A DNA stretch of 64,000 bases from an uncultured Victivallales bacterium (GCA_964555035.1 CAZKRK010000002.1:1968-65967); one strand, 5' to 3'; shown: positions 46,401-55,466, numbered from the stretch's first letter. The notes: generated by a model not told the origin, from the sequence alone. Made by a program: numbers and translations.

Positions 46401-49400
46401 GCGTCTCGTTCGCTCCTCCCGCCGCCACTCCAGCCTGAATCCGGTTGTTAACTCCGCCCTGCACGGCAAAGTACATGTTCTGGCCCGCCCCGGTCTCGAG
46501 ATTGCCTCCCGACGTCGTGAACACCAGGTCGAACTGCATGCTGTCGTTGGCAGTGCCGCCCCCGTCGAGGTCGGCTCCCGTGACCTGAAGCGTCCACGTT
46601 ACGGGGCTGGGGGAAGGCAGTCCGCCCGGATCGCTCGACCCCACCAGGGCCAGGGCTCCGTTGTCGGCGCCGGCGCCGGCGTTGGTCGTCGCGGTCATGT
46701 CGTCGTTGATGTCCGCAACCGTAATCGTCGTGCCAAACGCAGACACGGCGTCGCCCCGAAGGCCAACGCTGACAGGGTTGTCATTCGGATCGTCGGACCA
46801 GATGTAAAGCGTACCAGAATGTGACGTCACGCTCGCGCCCGCTTCGTACTGTACGGCGATCTCCGTTGTTGCACCGACGGCAACCGCCCCGATGCCGCTC
46901 AGTACCGAAAACGCGCTCGATCCGCCGAACGTGAAGTTGGTGATGTTCAGCACGCCGTCCCCGCCGTTGGTAACCGTCACGCTCAGATGGATAATCGTAC
47001 CGGTACCGACCACCCCGAAATCCAGCGGCAAAGGGGTCAGAATGCCAATGTCCGGACCGGGCATTACAGCCACCACGACCTGCAGATCGCCGTCCATGCT
47101 ATTGGTCAACGCAAAGCCGTACTCGCCCGGGTGTGAGCCCAGCGCAAAGCTATCGGAGGTCAGTCCGAGCGAGGTGCCGGTGACGAGATCGTAGGTGCCC
47201 AGCGCCATGCCAGCGGCTTCCGACAGGTTCACGGTCACAGCCCCGTCGGTGGTCACGGCCCCCCCCACAGCAATCGAGTCTGCCGTCACGCCGATATCGA
47301 ACGTCAACGCGCTACCCGCCTCCAGTGTCAGGTTGCTGGACAGTGAAAGGGTCCCCAAGGCAACATCGCCGCTCAGGTCCACGGTGCCCACAACGGTCAC
47401 CGCGCCGGCCACCGTGCCGTTGCCGGAGAGTGTGCCTGCCACGCCAACCGTAACGGTGCCCGTGCCGCCGATCGAACCGTCGACATCGAGCGTGCCGCCA
47501 TGAACCGTGGTCATGCCAGAGTAGGTGTTGGCGCCGCCGAGCACGACTGTGCCCTCATTGGTCTTAGTCAGATTACCCGTCCCCATCACGACGCCCTGGA
47601 CATCAACCGTACGCGACGGGCCGACATTCAAGCTCAGCGTATCGCTGCCCAGGTCGATCATGACCCCTGACTCGACCGAGAGATCGCCGCCGCCCGTCAC
47701 GTCCCACCTCTGGTCGCCCGCAACGATGCACGTCCACGGATGGGAGGTCCCCACAAACATGAAATCCTTCGTCGCCACACTCATGTCCATACCGACAACG
47801 TTGCTGGTTGCAACAGGTTGGACGGTCAACGTATTCGCCGGATTGTTGGGACATCGGATTCCGACAACCGTAGCGGGCGACCGTACCACGATCTGAGCGA
47901 TGTCGAAGGAACCCTGGCGCATGTCGAGACGCGTCTGCGAGTTGTTGTCACCATCGAAAACCGCCGCCTCGCTGGCGCTGTCAGGAATGTCATTCGGATC
48001 CCAGTTGAGCGTCCTCCCCCACAGCGGATCGCCGTTGCCGCCGGTGAAACGTCGCTCCGTCAGTGTCGTGTAGATCATGATCTCGCCGGTCAGGACCAGC
48101 TTCCCGCCCTTCCGGTCGGACACCGTGACACTGAAACCCTTGATCCCGGCGCTGTTCCAGGTGTTGGTGAGCACCGGATGGCTCGGATGTACCACGCCGT
48201 CTGAGAAGTCCCAGAAGTACGACAGCTCATCACCGTTGGGATCGCCCGCACTGACGGTCATCACCACTGCTTCCCCGACATCCCCACTCGCAGCTACTTC
48301 GAGCGTACCGGTAGGCGCCAGGTTCCCGGCGAACGGCCCATAGTTCACGGCCACGTCGATCCACTCATTGGGCGTTGTCCCGCCGCGGCCAATCGGTGTG
48401 ATATGGATATCGTGGGTCGTATCTGACCAGGTCTCCCCCACCGGCAGGCCCGCGTCGTTGATCGTACCGCCCGGGTGCAGATCCAGCAGGTTGCCATTAA
48501 CGCTCGACGAGCGCACCCACAGCACCTGGATTCCCTTCTCGTAGTACTGGAAGGTGTCGTTGGTCCATAGCTGCCGGTAGCCAACATGGTAGTAGTTGCC
48601 CGCATTGCGATAGACCTCCACCGCGCGCATTGTATTGGTATCGGTGTCGCCATGGTCCATGCGATAGATCCGATTGGTCGCCGATGTGCTGATGGAGTGG
48701 ACCTTCGGTAACTCCAGCCAGTTCAAGATCCTTTTCTGCCTGGCGCTGAAATGCCCTGTTGGGAGGTCTCCTCGCCCCATGTTGTCGGTATTGTCCCCGT
48801 ATTCCACGCTGGATCCAGTGGGATCGACCGGGTTGGCGCTACCGGCAGGTGGCAGCCACCGATTCGCGTGGTACAATCCGAAATTGTGGCCAAGCTCATG
48901 AGCTATCGTCTTCACGTTGCTGTAGCGCAACCAGACCCTCTGTCCGCCAATGTAGGCGAATCCAGACCAGCTCACCCCAATCGCCCCATGGAGCACGAGA
49001 ACATGATCGTAATCGTCAAGCGTGACCCCGGCTGCCGCCATCGCCTCATCGTGCAACTCCACGCGATTGTCTGCGTAGTACGTGCTGTTACTTGACATGC
49101 GGTAGACGTTCGTGTCGATCGTGGAGGCAAAGCCCGTCTTGTGCCACGACATCTCGTCGTAGAAGTTGCTCACCGTATTCATCCGCTCGCTCATGAGCGT
49201 GTGGTCATAGTTCGTGACCGGTCTGTCCGAAAAGTCCACCCTGATGAGGACCGCGGTCTTGACCGTCTCCGTCCAGACGCCCTGAACGGCCGGAAACACC
49301 CCTTCAGCCGCGGACGTGTTCCCGGCGGAATCGAGCATCAGAGCCAGCACAAGCCCAGACCCGTTGTGCGGACCGATGCTGCTCTGCTCGAATCCCCGCG

Positions 49401-50190
49401 CACGCGTTTCGAACGTCTGGTAGGCCGCTTCGTCCGGAAAGCGAAATACCTTGCCACCCAGCGTGGCGAGAACGGGATACTCCGCTGCTTCGTCACTGTG
49501 AACATCCTCGAACCATGATCCCGCATCTTCCACCGGTATGGGTTGGAGCACCTCTTCCCGCAGGACTGCCACATCGCCGAGCTGAATGCCCTGGGCGGGC
49601 AGCGCCATGCGCGTCAACTGCGCGTGCCGCCAGCCGTAAACGCGGGTCCGCGCACGCGTGCCGTCCGCAAAGCGGACATGGATTCTGTCCTCCTCGCGAC
49701 CGCCGCAAATGTGCTCCTCGTCTTCTGCGCAAGCGGCACACACGGGCAGGACATTCACTTCAACCGTCTCGCTGAACGGCCGTTCCACAAGGGCCTGCAC
49801 GGCTTGTGGCAACGCATGCCATTCGTGATAACCGATCGATTGCTCGATGGCCGCCCGCGGGTCCCGCGCGATCAGTTCTCGCATGGCCGTGCTGCGTGCC
49901 CGGGCTCGTTCGATCCCCGCGGCAACAAGCGCATCCCGGTCGTCATCCGGGGACTCGGAGTACGCATCAAGCCATACCCTGAAGTCCGAGAAGTCTGTCC
50001 GCGCCGGCCCCGGAGTCGTCATGTCCGCTTCACTCGCGTCGACCGCCTCGACGAATCCCTGTACCGGCGCTCGCGGCCTTTCCGGAGTCGTTGAGGAGTT
50101 CTTGAGAAGGACAAGGCCCACCGTGCAGAAGACACCGGCCGTAGCGACCGCGGCAGGCACCTGCCACACATTCCGCACGCGTTTCCTCAT
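43486..50190 (-). CDS. Giant secreted protein (2234 aa): zinc metalloprotease (HExxH) + PKD-like domain + autotransporter-associated beta-strand repeats + three choice-of-anchor-D (ASH) domains + novel module + InlB-B-repeat-like domain + right-handed parallel beta-helix (pectate-lyase fold; candidate GH/PL domain, about 44000-45330) + conserved C-terminal domain
   Basis: Signal anchor AVATAGVFCTVGLVLL. HELGHNFGLYHA at about 48886-48900. PKD-like ELSYFWDFSDG. Beta-strand repeats GNLTKTNEGTVVLGGANTYSGMTTVHGGTLDVDG. GSVNGGVVNGWYTNGVAATGITATPDGGYLFAGWMGD. Beta-helix NLVVRNVEIHDCKLGSSEALVLNGNIDGFEVTGCTVHDNDNIGIDF...NTIHDCDIGLEV...NNLICRNYTGGIFLGG. C-terminus: DSDGDGILDAWEMEHWNSVTNADETTSSDTDPHTDLQEFIADTDPTNAASYFRIKSI...QRYYRLEVERP. 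Confidence 0.8.
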   Translation of the reverse strand: MRKRVRNVWQVPAAVATAGVFCTVGLVLLKNSSTTPERPRAPVQGFVEAVDASEADMTTPGPARTDFSDFRVWLDAYSESPDDDRDALVAAGIERARARSTAMRELIARDPRAAIEQSIGYHEWHALPQAVQALVERPFSETVEVNVLPVCAACAEDEEHICGGREEDRIHVRFADGTRARTRVYGWRHAQLTRMALPAQGIQLGDVAVLREEVLQPIPVEDAGSWFEDVHSDEAAEYPVLATLGGKVFRFPDEAAYQTFETRARGFEQSSIGPHNGSGLVLALMLDSAGNTSAAEGVFPAVQGVWTETVKTAVLIRVDFSDRPVTNYDHTLMSERMNTVSNFYDEMSWHKTGFASTIDTNVYRMSSNSTYYADNRVELHDEAMAAAGVTLDDYDHVLVLHGAIGVSWSGFAYIGGQRVWLRYSNVKTIAHELGHNFGLYHANRWLPPAGSANPVDPTGSSVEYGDNTDNMGRGDLPTGHFSARQKRILNWLELPKVHSISTSATNRIYRMDHGDTDTNTMRAVEVYRNAGNYYHVGYRQLWTNDTFQYYEKGIQVLWVRSSSVNGNLLDLHPGGTINDAGLPVGETWSDTTHDIHITPIGRGGTTPNEWIDVAVNYGPFAGNLAPTGTLEVAASGDVGEAVVMTVSAGDPNGDELSYFWDFSDGVVHPSHPVLTNTWNSAGIKGFSVTVSDRKGGKLVLTGEIMIYTTLTERRFTGGNGDPLWGRTLNWDPNDIPDSASEAAVFDGDNNSQTRLDMRQGSFDIAQIVVRSPATVVGIRCPNNPANTLTVQPVATSNVVGMDMSVATKDFMFVGTSHPWTCIVAGDQRWDVTGGGDLSVESGVMIDLGSDTLSLNVGPSRTVDVQGVVMGTGNLTKTNEGTVVLGGANTYSGMTTVHGGTLDVDGSIGGTGTVTVGVAGTLSGNGTVAGAVTVVGTVDLSGDVALGTLSLSSNLTLEAGSALTFDIGVTADSIAVGGAVTTDGAVTVNLSEAAGMALGTYDLVTGTSLGLTSDSFALGSHPGEYGFALTNSMDGDLQVVVAVMPGPDIGILTPLPLDFGVVGTGTIIHLSVTVTNGGDGVLNITNFTFGGSSAFSVLSGIGAVAVGATTEIAVQYEAGASVTSHSGTLYIWSDDPNDNPVSVGLRGDAVSAFGTTITVADINDDMTATTNAGAGADNGALALVGSSDPGGLPSPSPVTWTLQVTGADLDGGGTANDSMQFDLVFTTSGGNLETGAGQNMYFAVQGGVNNRIQAGVAAGGANETLTLTVPTVTFGLNGAAATDRTGEFLGFTGADFHLFKQSAGTVGGQGFSTGGSGAYFPGLVFTNLQSLLTEVTAGSGRGGGGFDFQLRTGPPAPLASNTLEIVSAHGSPNPTVGVHTNDYGASVTNSVATPADEAAGQRWACTGWAGTGSTPASGTANSTTFTITADSTLTWQWTNEYELAVSAGANGSVNGGVVNGWYTNGVAATGITATPDGGYLFAGWMGDVPPANTNDSPLDLTMDQARTVVATFAPVRAPHIGVTPSSLDFGTNTVGSTSNLSVMVTNSGDAVLNITNFTFDAFTNEYSVLSGTGAVAVGGSTNITVQYAPTHAATHAAILSIWSDDSSNNPKDIPLTGAATVRATGYYVATNGNNTWDGSLATPWATVQYGVSNVMAGDTLYIRGGVYNERVTLYRSGSAAGGYITVTNYAGETPVIDGTGITVGDTDGLITFNSQDYITLDGLEIRDFITATRWRVPMGVYINGDSSFIRLRNLKIHRIESNYDGGGSYVTGADAHGVGVYGDHASNPITNLVVRNVEIHDCKLGSSEALVLNGNIDGFEVTGCTVHDNDNIGIDFIGHEGTCSDGALDQARNGICTDNLVYNINTTGNPAYRDGGSYDRSAGGIYVDGGKQIVIERNTIHDCDIGLEVASEHSGKYASYITVRNNLICRNYTGGIFLGGYDSGRGNAQYCTFIGNTLYHNDTAKDYTGEICLQWHISDCEFENNLIVALKNEGGDAVYVGGSGGSGSTPANTRFDYNWYYCDDATHGGPSFRWGSNEGYAWSWWRNRNHETNGTYDVDPLLVSATNGHLQASSGARDAGRSRGDNGAHDMDGETRIMGMAPDIGADELLPDSDGDGILDAWEMEHWNSVTNADETTSSDTDPHTDLQEFIADTDPTNAASYFRIKSIGYTNGVRVCFDSSSGRLYRMRFIDDLQGSVWSNVPGQEQRFGLGPNDTMTDTNAVPQRYYRLEVERP

Positions 50191-50249
50191 ATCTACTCTC
50201 TGCTATGGCTCTGAAATCCCGATCCTGAGCTCCCGCACAGGACTTGAAG

Positions 50250-53200
50250 TTACGGAACCGCCGGCACCGACACCTCGACACGGTAGGACCGCTGAGGCGG
50301 ATCGCTGCTGTCGATCATCATATCGTTTGTACCCAATCCCAACCGCGGCCCCTGCCCGGGTACGTTGCTCCAGCTCGGCCACAGTAGGTCGTTTATGAAT
50401 TGCAGAGTGTAGACACGGCCGGTGCTGGAATCGAAGGTGACGGCCATGGAATTCGTCATCACCAGCCCCGTCACCCGGAAGAACGAGTTGGAGTCGGTCG
50501 GGTCCGTATCGGCGATGTACTCCTGCAAGTCGCTATGCGGATCCGTGTCGAAGCGCGATGTGTCGTCCGCGGTGGTCGTATTCCCCCAGTACCGAAGCTC
50601 CCATGCATCGAGTATCGCGTCACCGTCCGAGCCGGGACCCCCTGGCGGCTGAACATGAAACTCGAAATTGAGGTTGCCCGGCTTCGCGTTCCCTGTCCCG
50701 GATGGTCTGAAGATCGACAGCGCCTGCTGCGGAGCGCTGAACACGGCGTCGGTCGTGTCGACGGTGAACGTATCCCCGCCGTATGTCCACGGGGACGTGT
50801 TGTAGTTGTCGAAATCGCCGCCTGTGAACCCTGCGAAGGTCAGTCCATCGGTCTGGTCGGCCACCGCGCCGTTCAAGCCGTACAGGGCATTCGTCACCGT
50901 GAAGGTCAGGGTCTCGTTCCAGTTGAGCCGTTTCCTGTTGGCCAGATTCTCGCCGGTACTGGCAACCGTGAACCACTTGTCGTTGGCGTTCTTCGCCGGA
51001 CAGCAGTCCGTCTTGGTCGACGTTGCCGTGATCCAGACCTGCCACGTCAGCGTGTCCGTATCGTTGCCGTCATCGTCGAGGTTGGCCCCGGTAACCGTAA
51101 ACGTCCACTTGTGCGGGTTGGGGCGAGTAGGGACATCGTTGTTCAGCCATTCACCCGTGGGCGTGTTGGCGATGCTCACCGATCCGTTGTCGCAGCTCGC
51201 GGCGGCGGCGCCGGCAGGCGTGCCACTGGCCCCGCCGAAATCCGTGATGTGAACCACGGACGCCAGCGTTGCCCGCGCTTCGCCGTCGAGCGTGACGGTT
51301 GCCGGATTGGTGTTCACGGCATCGGACCATACGTTCAGCGTCCCGCTATGCATAGCCACACCCGTTGGCGCGTAGCGCACGGTGACGTTCGTCGAGTTCC
51401 CGGCGGCGAGGCTGAATGGTGTGCTCTCCAACACGGCAAACGCATCTGAGCCAGTGAGGGTGAAATTGGTAACGGTCAATGCGGCGCCACCTGTGTTTGC
51501 CACCGTCACCGTCAAGTCATGGGGCGAACCGACCAGCCGGGGCCCGAAATCGAGCGACGACGGGACAAGACCGATGTAGGGATCGTTCGGGAGTTCCCTG
51601 AGCTGGTAACCCATCAGCAGGATCCACTTGGTTCCGGTCATATCGATATCCTGCGCCACCCCACTGGCCGTGAAGCTGCCCTTCACGGCATAGGCCGGTC
51701 TGTGGGTTATTGCCCCGCTGCCGGCACCGGTGCCGGCATGCGTTATCGTGTCTCCTCCCCGGTTGGGAATATCCGTGTGGAAGAGCTGGACCGAATACAC
51801 CGTCCCGGCGGTCAGCCCCGTCACGGTCAGCGTACCGGCAAGCTCCACGTTCATAAACCTGTCCATCATGGCTTCGAAATCCCCCCCGATGCCCCCCTCG
51901 CTGTACGTGTCCCCATTGACGTTAACGACATTCCACCCGGGATCGACTGACGTCTGCGCCATGAACGTGACGCCATTGACCGTGCGATTGTCGCCTGCAC
52001 TCGGCGTGTAGTTGACGGCCCTGACAAGCGTGCCGACCGTGCTCACGACACTGTCCCCATTGGCCGCGATTCCCTCCGGCGCGCTCCACGTGATCGTCGT
52101 CGTCTGCATCGCCTGCGCACTCAGTGCAATGTTTGTGGGGTTGCTATCCGGATCGTCGGACCAAACGGACAGAGTGCCGGTGTGTGTGCCCACGCCTGTG
52201 GGCATGTATCGCACGGCAAAGGCAGTCGACCCGCCAGCCGCAACGGTGCCGGTGGTGACGGCGACGGAGAATTCGTTCGAACCGTCGATCGTCATGTTGG
52301 TGATGCTCAACGGCCCCGTGCCGCTGTTGGCCACGATCAGGTCCAAGGTGTTGGTTGTGTTGACTGTTCTGACACCAAAATCGAGGGGAGGTACGTTCGC
52401 AATGGAGATGTCGGGCGTCGGGACATAAGACGATCCCTGCAACAGAACGTTGGTCACGGGCGTGTCCGTGTCATCAGACCCGATGTGCAGTGTCCCCGTA
52501 TGCGAGCCCGCGTTCGCGCCCGGGGTGTACGCCGCGGTGATGTTGGTCGATGCGCCCACATCAACCACGCCGGACCCACTCGTCACGGAGAACACGTTCG
52601 ATCCACTGAATGTGAGATTGGTGATACTCAGTGGGCCTGTCCCCATGTTGGCCACCGTAATGTCCAGGGAGTTGGTCGTGTTGACGGGGATCGGCCCGAA
52701 GTCAAGGGGCGATCCGACCGTGACAGCGATCTCGGGAGTCGGAACCACGCCCTCGCCCTGCACCGTGATATTCGTGGGGTCAGTATCAGGATCGTCCGAC
52801 CATATCGACAGGACGGCGGTATTGGAAACCAGAGCCGTCGGGGCATACTGCACCGAGAGGTTGGTCGATGTGCCGGAAGCCAGCGTGCCGGTGCCCCCAC
52901 TGACAACAGAGAAGACTCCGGGAGTTGCTCCGCCCCATGTCAGGTTCGTAATGCTCAGCAGCGCCGACCCGACATTCCGCACGGTCACATCCAGCGTCCG
53001 GGTCAGGTTGGTGCCAACCTCGCCGAACTCCAGGGGGGACTCGGTAATGATGGCAATGTCGGGCTCCGGCTCCTTCCCCATCTGGAAACTGATGTTGCTG
53101 AGACGATAACTCGCACCGGATTCCGCGCCGGCTGTCAGTACCGATTGCGCTGAACTGAAGGTTACCTTGAATGCATCGTTGCTGACCGTCTCGCCGCCCA

Positions 53201-55466
53201 CCAGCGCGTTGCCGCCGCCCAGGTCCTCCACGTACGCAGCCGTAAAACCATAGAAATGCCCTGTCTGCGGCGCCCCGCCATTCAGCACATAGCTCACCGT
53301 GCCGGGCGTGAACGTAACGACTTCGTCGCCATCGATACGGGTCGGATCGTTCGTACCTACCTGAAAGTAGGCGATCTGCGCATTGGTCGCCGTCCTGTAT
53401 CCGGCGATAAGCTCGCTCACCCCGGCGCCGGCCAGATCCGACTTCAGTTCAATATCCAACGTAATGCTGTCATTGGCGCCGCCCACGGCATCCAACACCG
53501 CATTGGTAATGGTGAATGTCCACGTGGTCGTGAACGGATCGGCGGCAGGGAGCGAGTTCAGACTGGACCCCGTGATGACCACGTCACCGTTGTCGGAGAT
53601 TGTGTCGAACGTTCCGTTGAAATCGGTCGATGTCTCCGCCTGGAAATACCGAACCGTGACCGGCCGCGAAGGCTTCATCGCGTCCGCATCCGCCCGGGAG
53701 TCCGGATCCAGACCGTTCGCCAGTTCATAGGCATTCTGCATTCCGTCGGCATCGTTGTCGGGATGACGCTCGGACAACGCTGAAGCGACCCATGTCCGTA
53801 GGTCATCGAACTTCTCCACCAGGTCGACGCCCACTATGGCCAGAGCCTGCGTATTGGCAACATCCGGATCCGCCTGGTTCGACAGTAGATCAACGTCCTC
53901 GTGAATGTCCTCAGCTTGGCGGAAAAGCCGGTGGCTGTTGCCAAAATCGATTAACTTCCATCCATCCATGGTCTTCATGATTTCATCCGGATCGTAGGCG
54001 CCCGCGCTCATAAAGGGTCGATTGTTCTCCCTGCGCTTCTGTTGACCGCGCAGCAGGTTGAGGAACGACTCGCCGTCGGGGGCCGTGCTATCCGGCAGTT
54101 CGACATGCAGGTATGCCGCGATCGTAGGGAAGATGTCCACCTGGGAAATGGGGTCGTTCACCATGTATCCGGCCGGTGCCTGCCCCGGCCACCTCACGAT
54201 AAACGGAACCCTGTGTCCGCCATCCCAAGGATCTGTCTTTCTGCCTCTCAAGGGACCCGTCTGTTGGCCTGTCGTGTTGTTAGCAGACTGATCCGTGCCA
54301 TTGTCAGAGGTCAGAATTACGACCGTATTGCTGCCGAATCCGTTGGTGTCAATGGCCGAGATGAAGCTTCCCACCCGGTCATCGACCTCCGCCATGAACT
54401 TGGAATACGTCGTCAGCCCCGGCAGGTTCTGATACGGCGGGGTTACCGCCCAGGGCTTGTGCGGCGAATGCATCGCAATATAGGCGAAGAACGGATCCGT
54501 GTCGCCCGACGCCGCCCGGTTCGCGATGTATTCCTCAACATCGGCAACCAGCTTCGGACCGACCTCCACCGACTTGTACGACGGATCCCCAAGAGACCCC
54601 GTTCCGTCGCCGGCCCCATACACGGTCGAAGCCAAATCCTCCTTCGTGAACCAGACAAACGTGTCCGAATTGCGCGCATTGCGGTATCCGCCGGCGCCCC
54701 CGTTAAGCGTGGCATCCCAGAACTGTATGCGGTCGTCATGCAGATACGCATACGGTCCCCGATTGATGGCCGCCGGCATGCCTCGGAAATAGTCAAAGCC
54801 ATGATCCGTGGCGTGTAGTTCGACTGGCCGTTCCCAGTCAACGATCGACTCGTCAGCGGGATTGTCGTACTGCCCCCCCACGCCAAGACGATCGCCACCG
54901 GTTGTATAAAACGCGCCGCCCATGTGCCACTTGCCGAAAGCGGCCGTATCGTAGCCCTCTGCCTTCAATAGCTCCGCGAACGTAACGTCATCGACGCGCG
55001 GCACTTCGTCCCCGCCGATCGTCCCGCCATATTGATGCGTGACCTTGTGGAACTCCCGCCAGTGGTACTTGCCGGTGAGCATCGCATAGCGGCTCGGTGT
55101 ACAAACCGCGCAGGAAGAGTGTCCCTGCATGAACATAACCCCTTGCGCGGCAAATGCATCCATTTTCGGGGTACGCACACCGGGCGCCGTGCCATACACA
55201 TCGCCGTAGGCAGAAATCTCTCCGAACCCCATGTCGTCCGCATAGATGATCACGATGTTGGGCTTGACGGGAGTCGGCGCGAAATCCGGCATCGACGCCG
55301 GATCATTCGTGGCGGACCCGAAGTATGCTTCCGCTTCATCGCAATAGCTATCGCCGTCCGTATCGACGAACGGAAACGCCGGCCCGGGATCCTGCCCCAT
55401 ACTCACCGGCACAACAACCGTTGACAGCACAAACAAGGCAAGGACGCCCCTCATCTTCATATTCAC
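50250..55466 (-). CDS. Giant secreted protein (1738 aa): N-terminal S1 sulfatase (about 53790-55265) + novel module + four choice-of-anchor-D (ASH) domains + 'ITW' beta domain + ASH + second novel module + conserved C-terminal domain
   Basis: Signal peptide MNMKMRGVLALFVLSTVVVPVSMG. Sulfatase block: PNIVIIYADDMGFGE, SSCAVCTPSRYAMLTG, GKWHMGG. ASH repeats PDIAIITESPLEFGEVGTNLTRTLDVTVRNVGSALLSITNLTWGG...VLSIWSDDPDTDPTNITVQG. C-terminus: DGDAILDAWELRYWGNTTTADDTSRFDTDPHSDLQEYIADTDPTDSNSFFRVTGL...QRSYRVEVSVPAVP. Confidence 0.8.
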   Translation of the reverse strand: MNMKMRGVLALFVLSTVVVPVSMGQDPGPAFPFVDTDGDSYCDEAEAYFGSATNDPASMPDFAPTPVKPNIVIIYADDMGFGEISAYGDVYGTAPGVRTPKMDAFAAQGVMFMQGHSSCAVCTPSRYAMLTGKYHWREFHKVTHQYGGTIGGDEVPRVDDVTFAELLKAEGYDTAAFGKWHMGGAFYTTGGDRLGVGGQYDNPADESIVDWERPVELHATDHGFDYFRGMPAAINRGPYAYLHDDRIQFWDATLNGGAGGYRNARNSDTFVWFTKEDLASTVYGAGDGTGSLGDPSYKSVEVGPKLVADVEEYIANRAASGDTDPFFAYIAMHSPHKPWAVTPPYQNLPGLTTYSKFMAEVDDRVGSFISAIDTNGFGSNTVVILTSDNGTDQSANNTTGQQTGPLRGRKTDPWDGGHRVPFIVRWPGQAPAGYMVNDPISQVDIFPTIAAYLHVELPDSTAPDGESFLNLLRGQQKRRENNRPFMSAGAYDPDEIMKTMDGWKLIDFGNSHRLFRQAEDIHEDVDLLSNQADPDVANTQALAIVGVDLVEKFDDLRTWVASALSERHPDNDADGMQNAYELANGLDPDSRADADAMKPSRPVTVRYFQAETSTDFNGTFDTISDNGDVVITGSSLNSLPAADPFTTTWTFTITNAVLDAVGGANDSITLDIELKSDLAGAGVSELIAGYRTATNAQIAYFQVGTNDPTRIDGDEVVTFTPGTVSYVLNGGAPQTGHFYGFTAAYVEDLGGGNALVGGETVSNDAFKVTFSSAQSVLTAGAESGASYRLSNISFQMGKEPEPDIAIITESPLEFGEVGTNLTRTLDVTVRNVGSALLSITNLTWGGATPGVFSVVSGGTGTLASGTSTNLSVQYAPTALVSNTAVLSIWSDDPDTDPTNITVQGEGVVPTPEIAVTVGSPLDFGPIPVNTTNSLDITVANMGTGPLSITNLTFSGSNVFSVTSGSGVVDVGASTNITAAYTPGANAGSHTGTLHIGSDDTDTPVTNVLLQGSSYVPTPDISIANVPPLDFGVRTVNTTNTLDLIVANSGTGPLSITNMTIDGSNEFSVAVTTGTVAAGGSTAFAVRYMPTGVGTHTGTLSVWSDDPDSNPTNIALSAQAMQTTTITWSAPEGIAANGDSVVSTVGTLVRAVNYTPSAGDNRTVNGVTFMAQTSVDPGWNVVNVNGDTYSEGGIGGDFEAMMDRFMNVELAGTLTVTGLTAGTVYSVQLFHTDIPNRGGDTITHAGTGAGSGAITHRPAYAVKGSFTASGVAQDIDMTGTKWILLMGYQLRELPNDPYIGLVPSSLDFGPRLVGSPHDLTVTVANTGGAALTVTNFTLTGSDAFAVLESTPFSLAAGNSTNVTVRYAPTGVAMHSGTLNVWSDAVNTNPATVTLDGEARATLASVVHITDFGGASGTPAGAAAASCDNGSVSIANTPTGEWLNNDVPTRPNPHKWTFTVTGANLDDDGNDTDTLTWQVWITATSTKTDCCPAKNANDKWFTVASTGENLANRKRLNWNETLTFTVTNALYGLNGAVADQTDGLTFAGFTGGDFDNYNTSPWTYGGDTFTVDTTDAVFSAPQQALSIFRPSGTGNAKPGNLNFEFHVQPPGGPGSDGDAILDAWELRYWGNTTTADDTSRFDTDPHSDLQEYIADTDPTDSNSFFRVTGLVMTNSMAVTFDSSTGRVYTLQFINDLLWPSWSNVPGQGPRLGLGTNDMMIDSSDPPQRSYRVEVSVPAVP

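Noticed and set aside
44044-46824. 926-aa plus-strand ORF, the longest in the track on that strand
   Set aside because: It is antisense to the beta-helix / InlB region of the giant metalloprotease gene. Its translation is dominated by R, A, V, G and P with no motifs. Long antisense ORFs are expected at this GC content.
50400-51449. 349-aa plus-strand ORF, and similar ones at 52182-53153 and 54042-54818
   Set aside because: They are antisense to the giant sulfatase gene 50250-55466. Their near-duplicate counterparts (50422-50652, 43532-43930, 37043-37489, 26808-26999) simply reflect the DNA repeats at the 3' ends of the minus-strand genes.
26774-55466. PEP-CTERM or LPXTG sorting signals on the giant proteins
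   Set aside because: None of the C-termini contain a PEP motif followed by a transmembrane helix and a basic cluster, nor LPXTG. They end in the Y-R-[VLI]-E-V beta-sandwich instead.
26774-55466. Confident call of the shared C-terminal domain as a T9SS sorting domain
   Set aside because: Only the last two beta strands look like T9SS CTDs. The other evidence (Tat motif, SHD1, autotransporter-associated beta-strand repeats, DUF642-like protein, no SusC/SusD) points to a PVC-type host, where T9SS is not known. It is kept as an open alternative in the findings.
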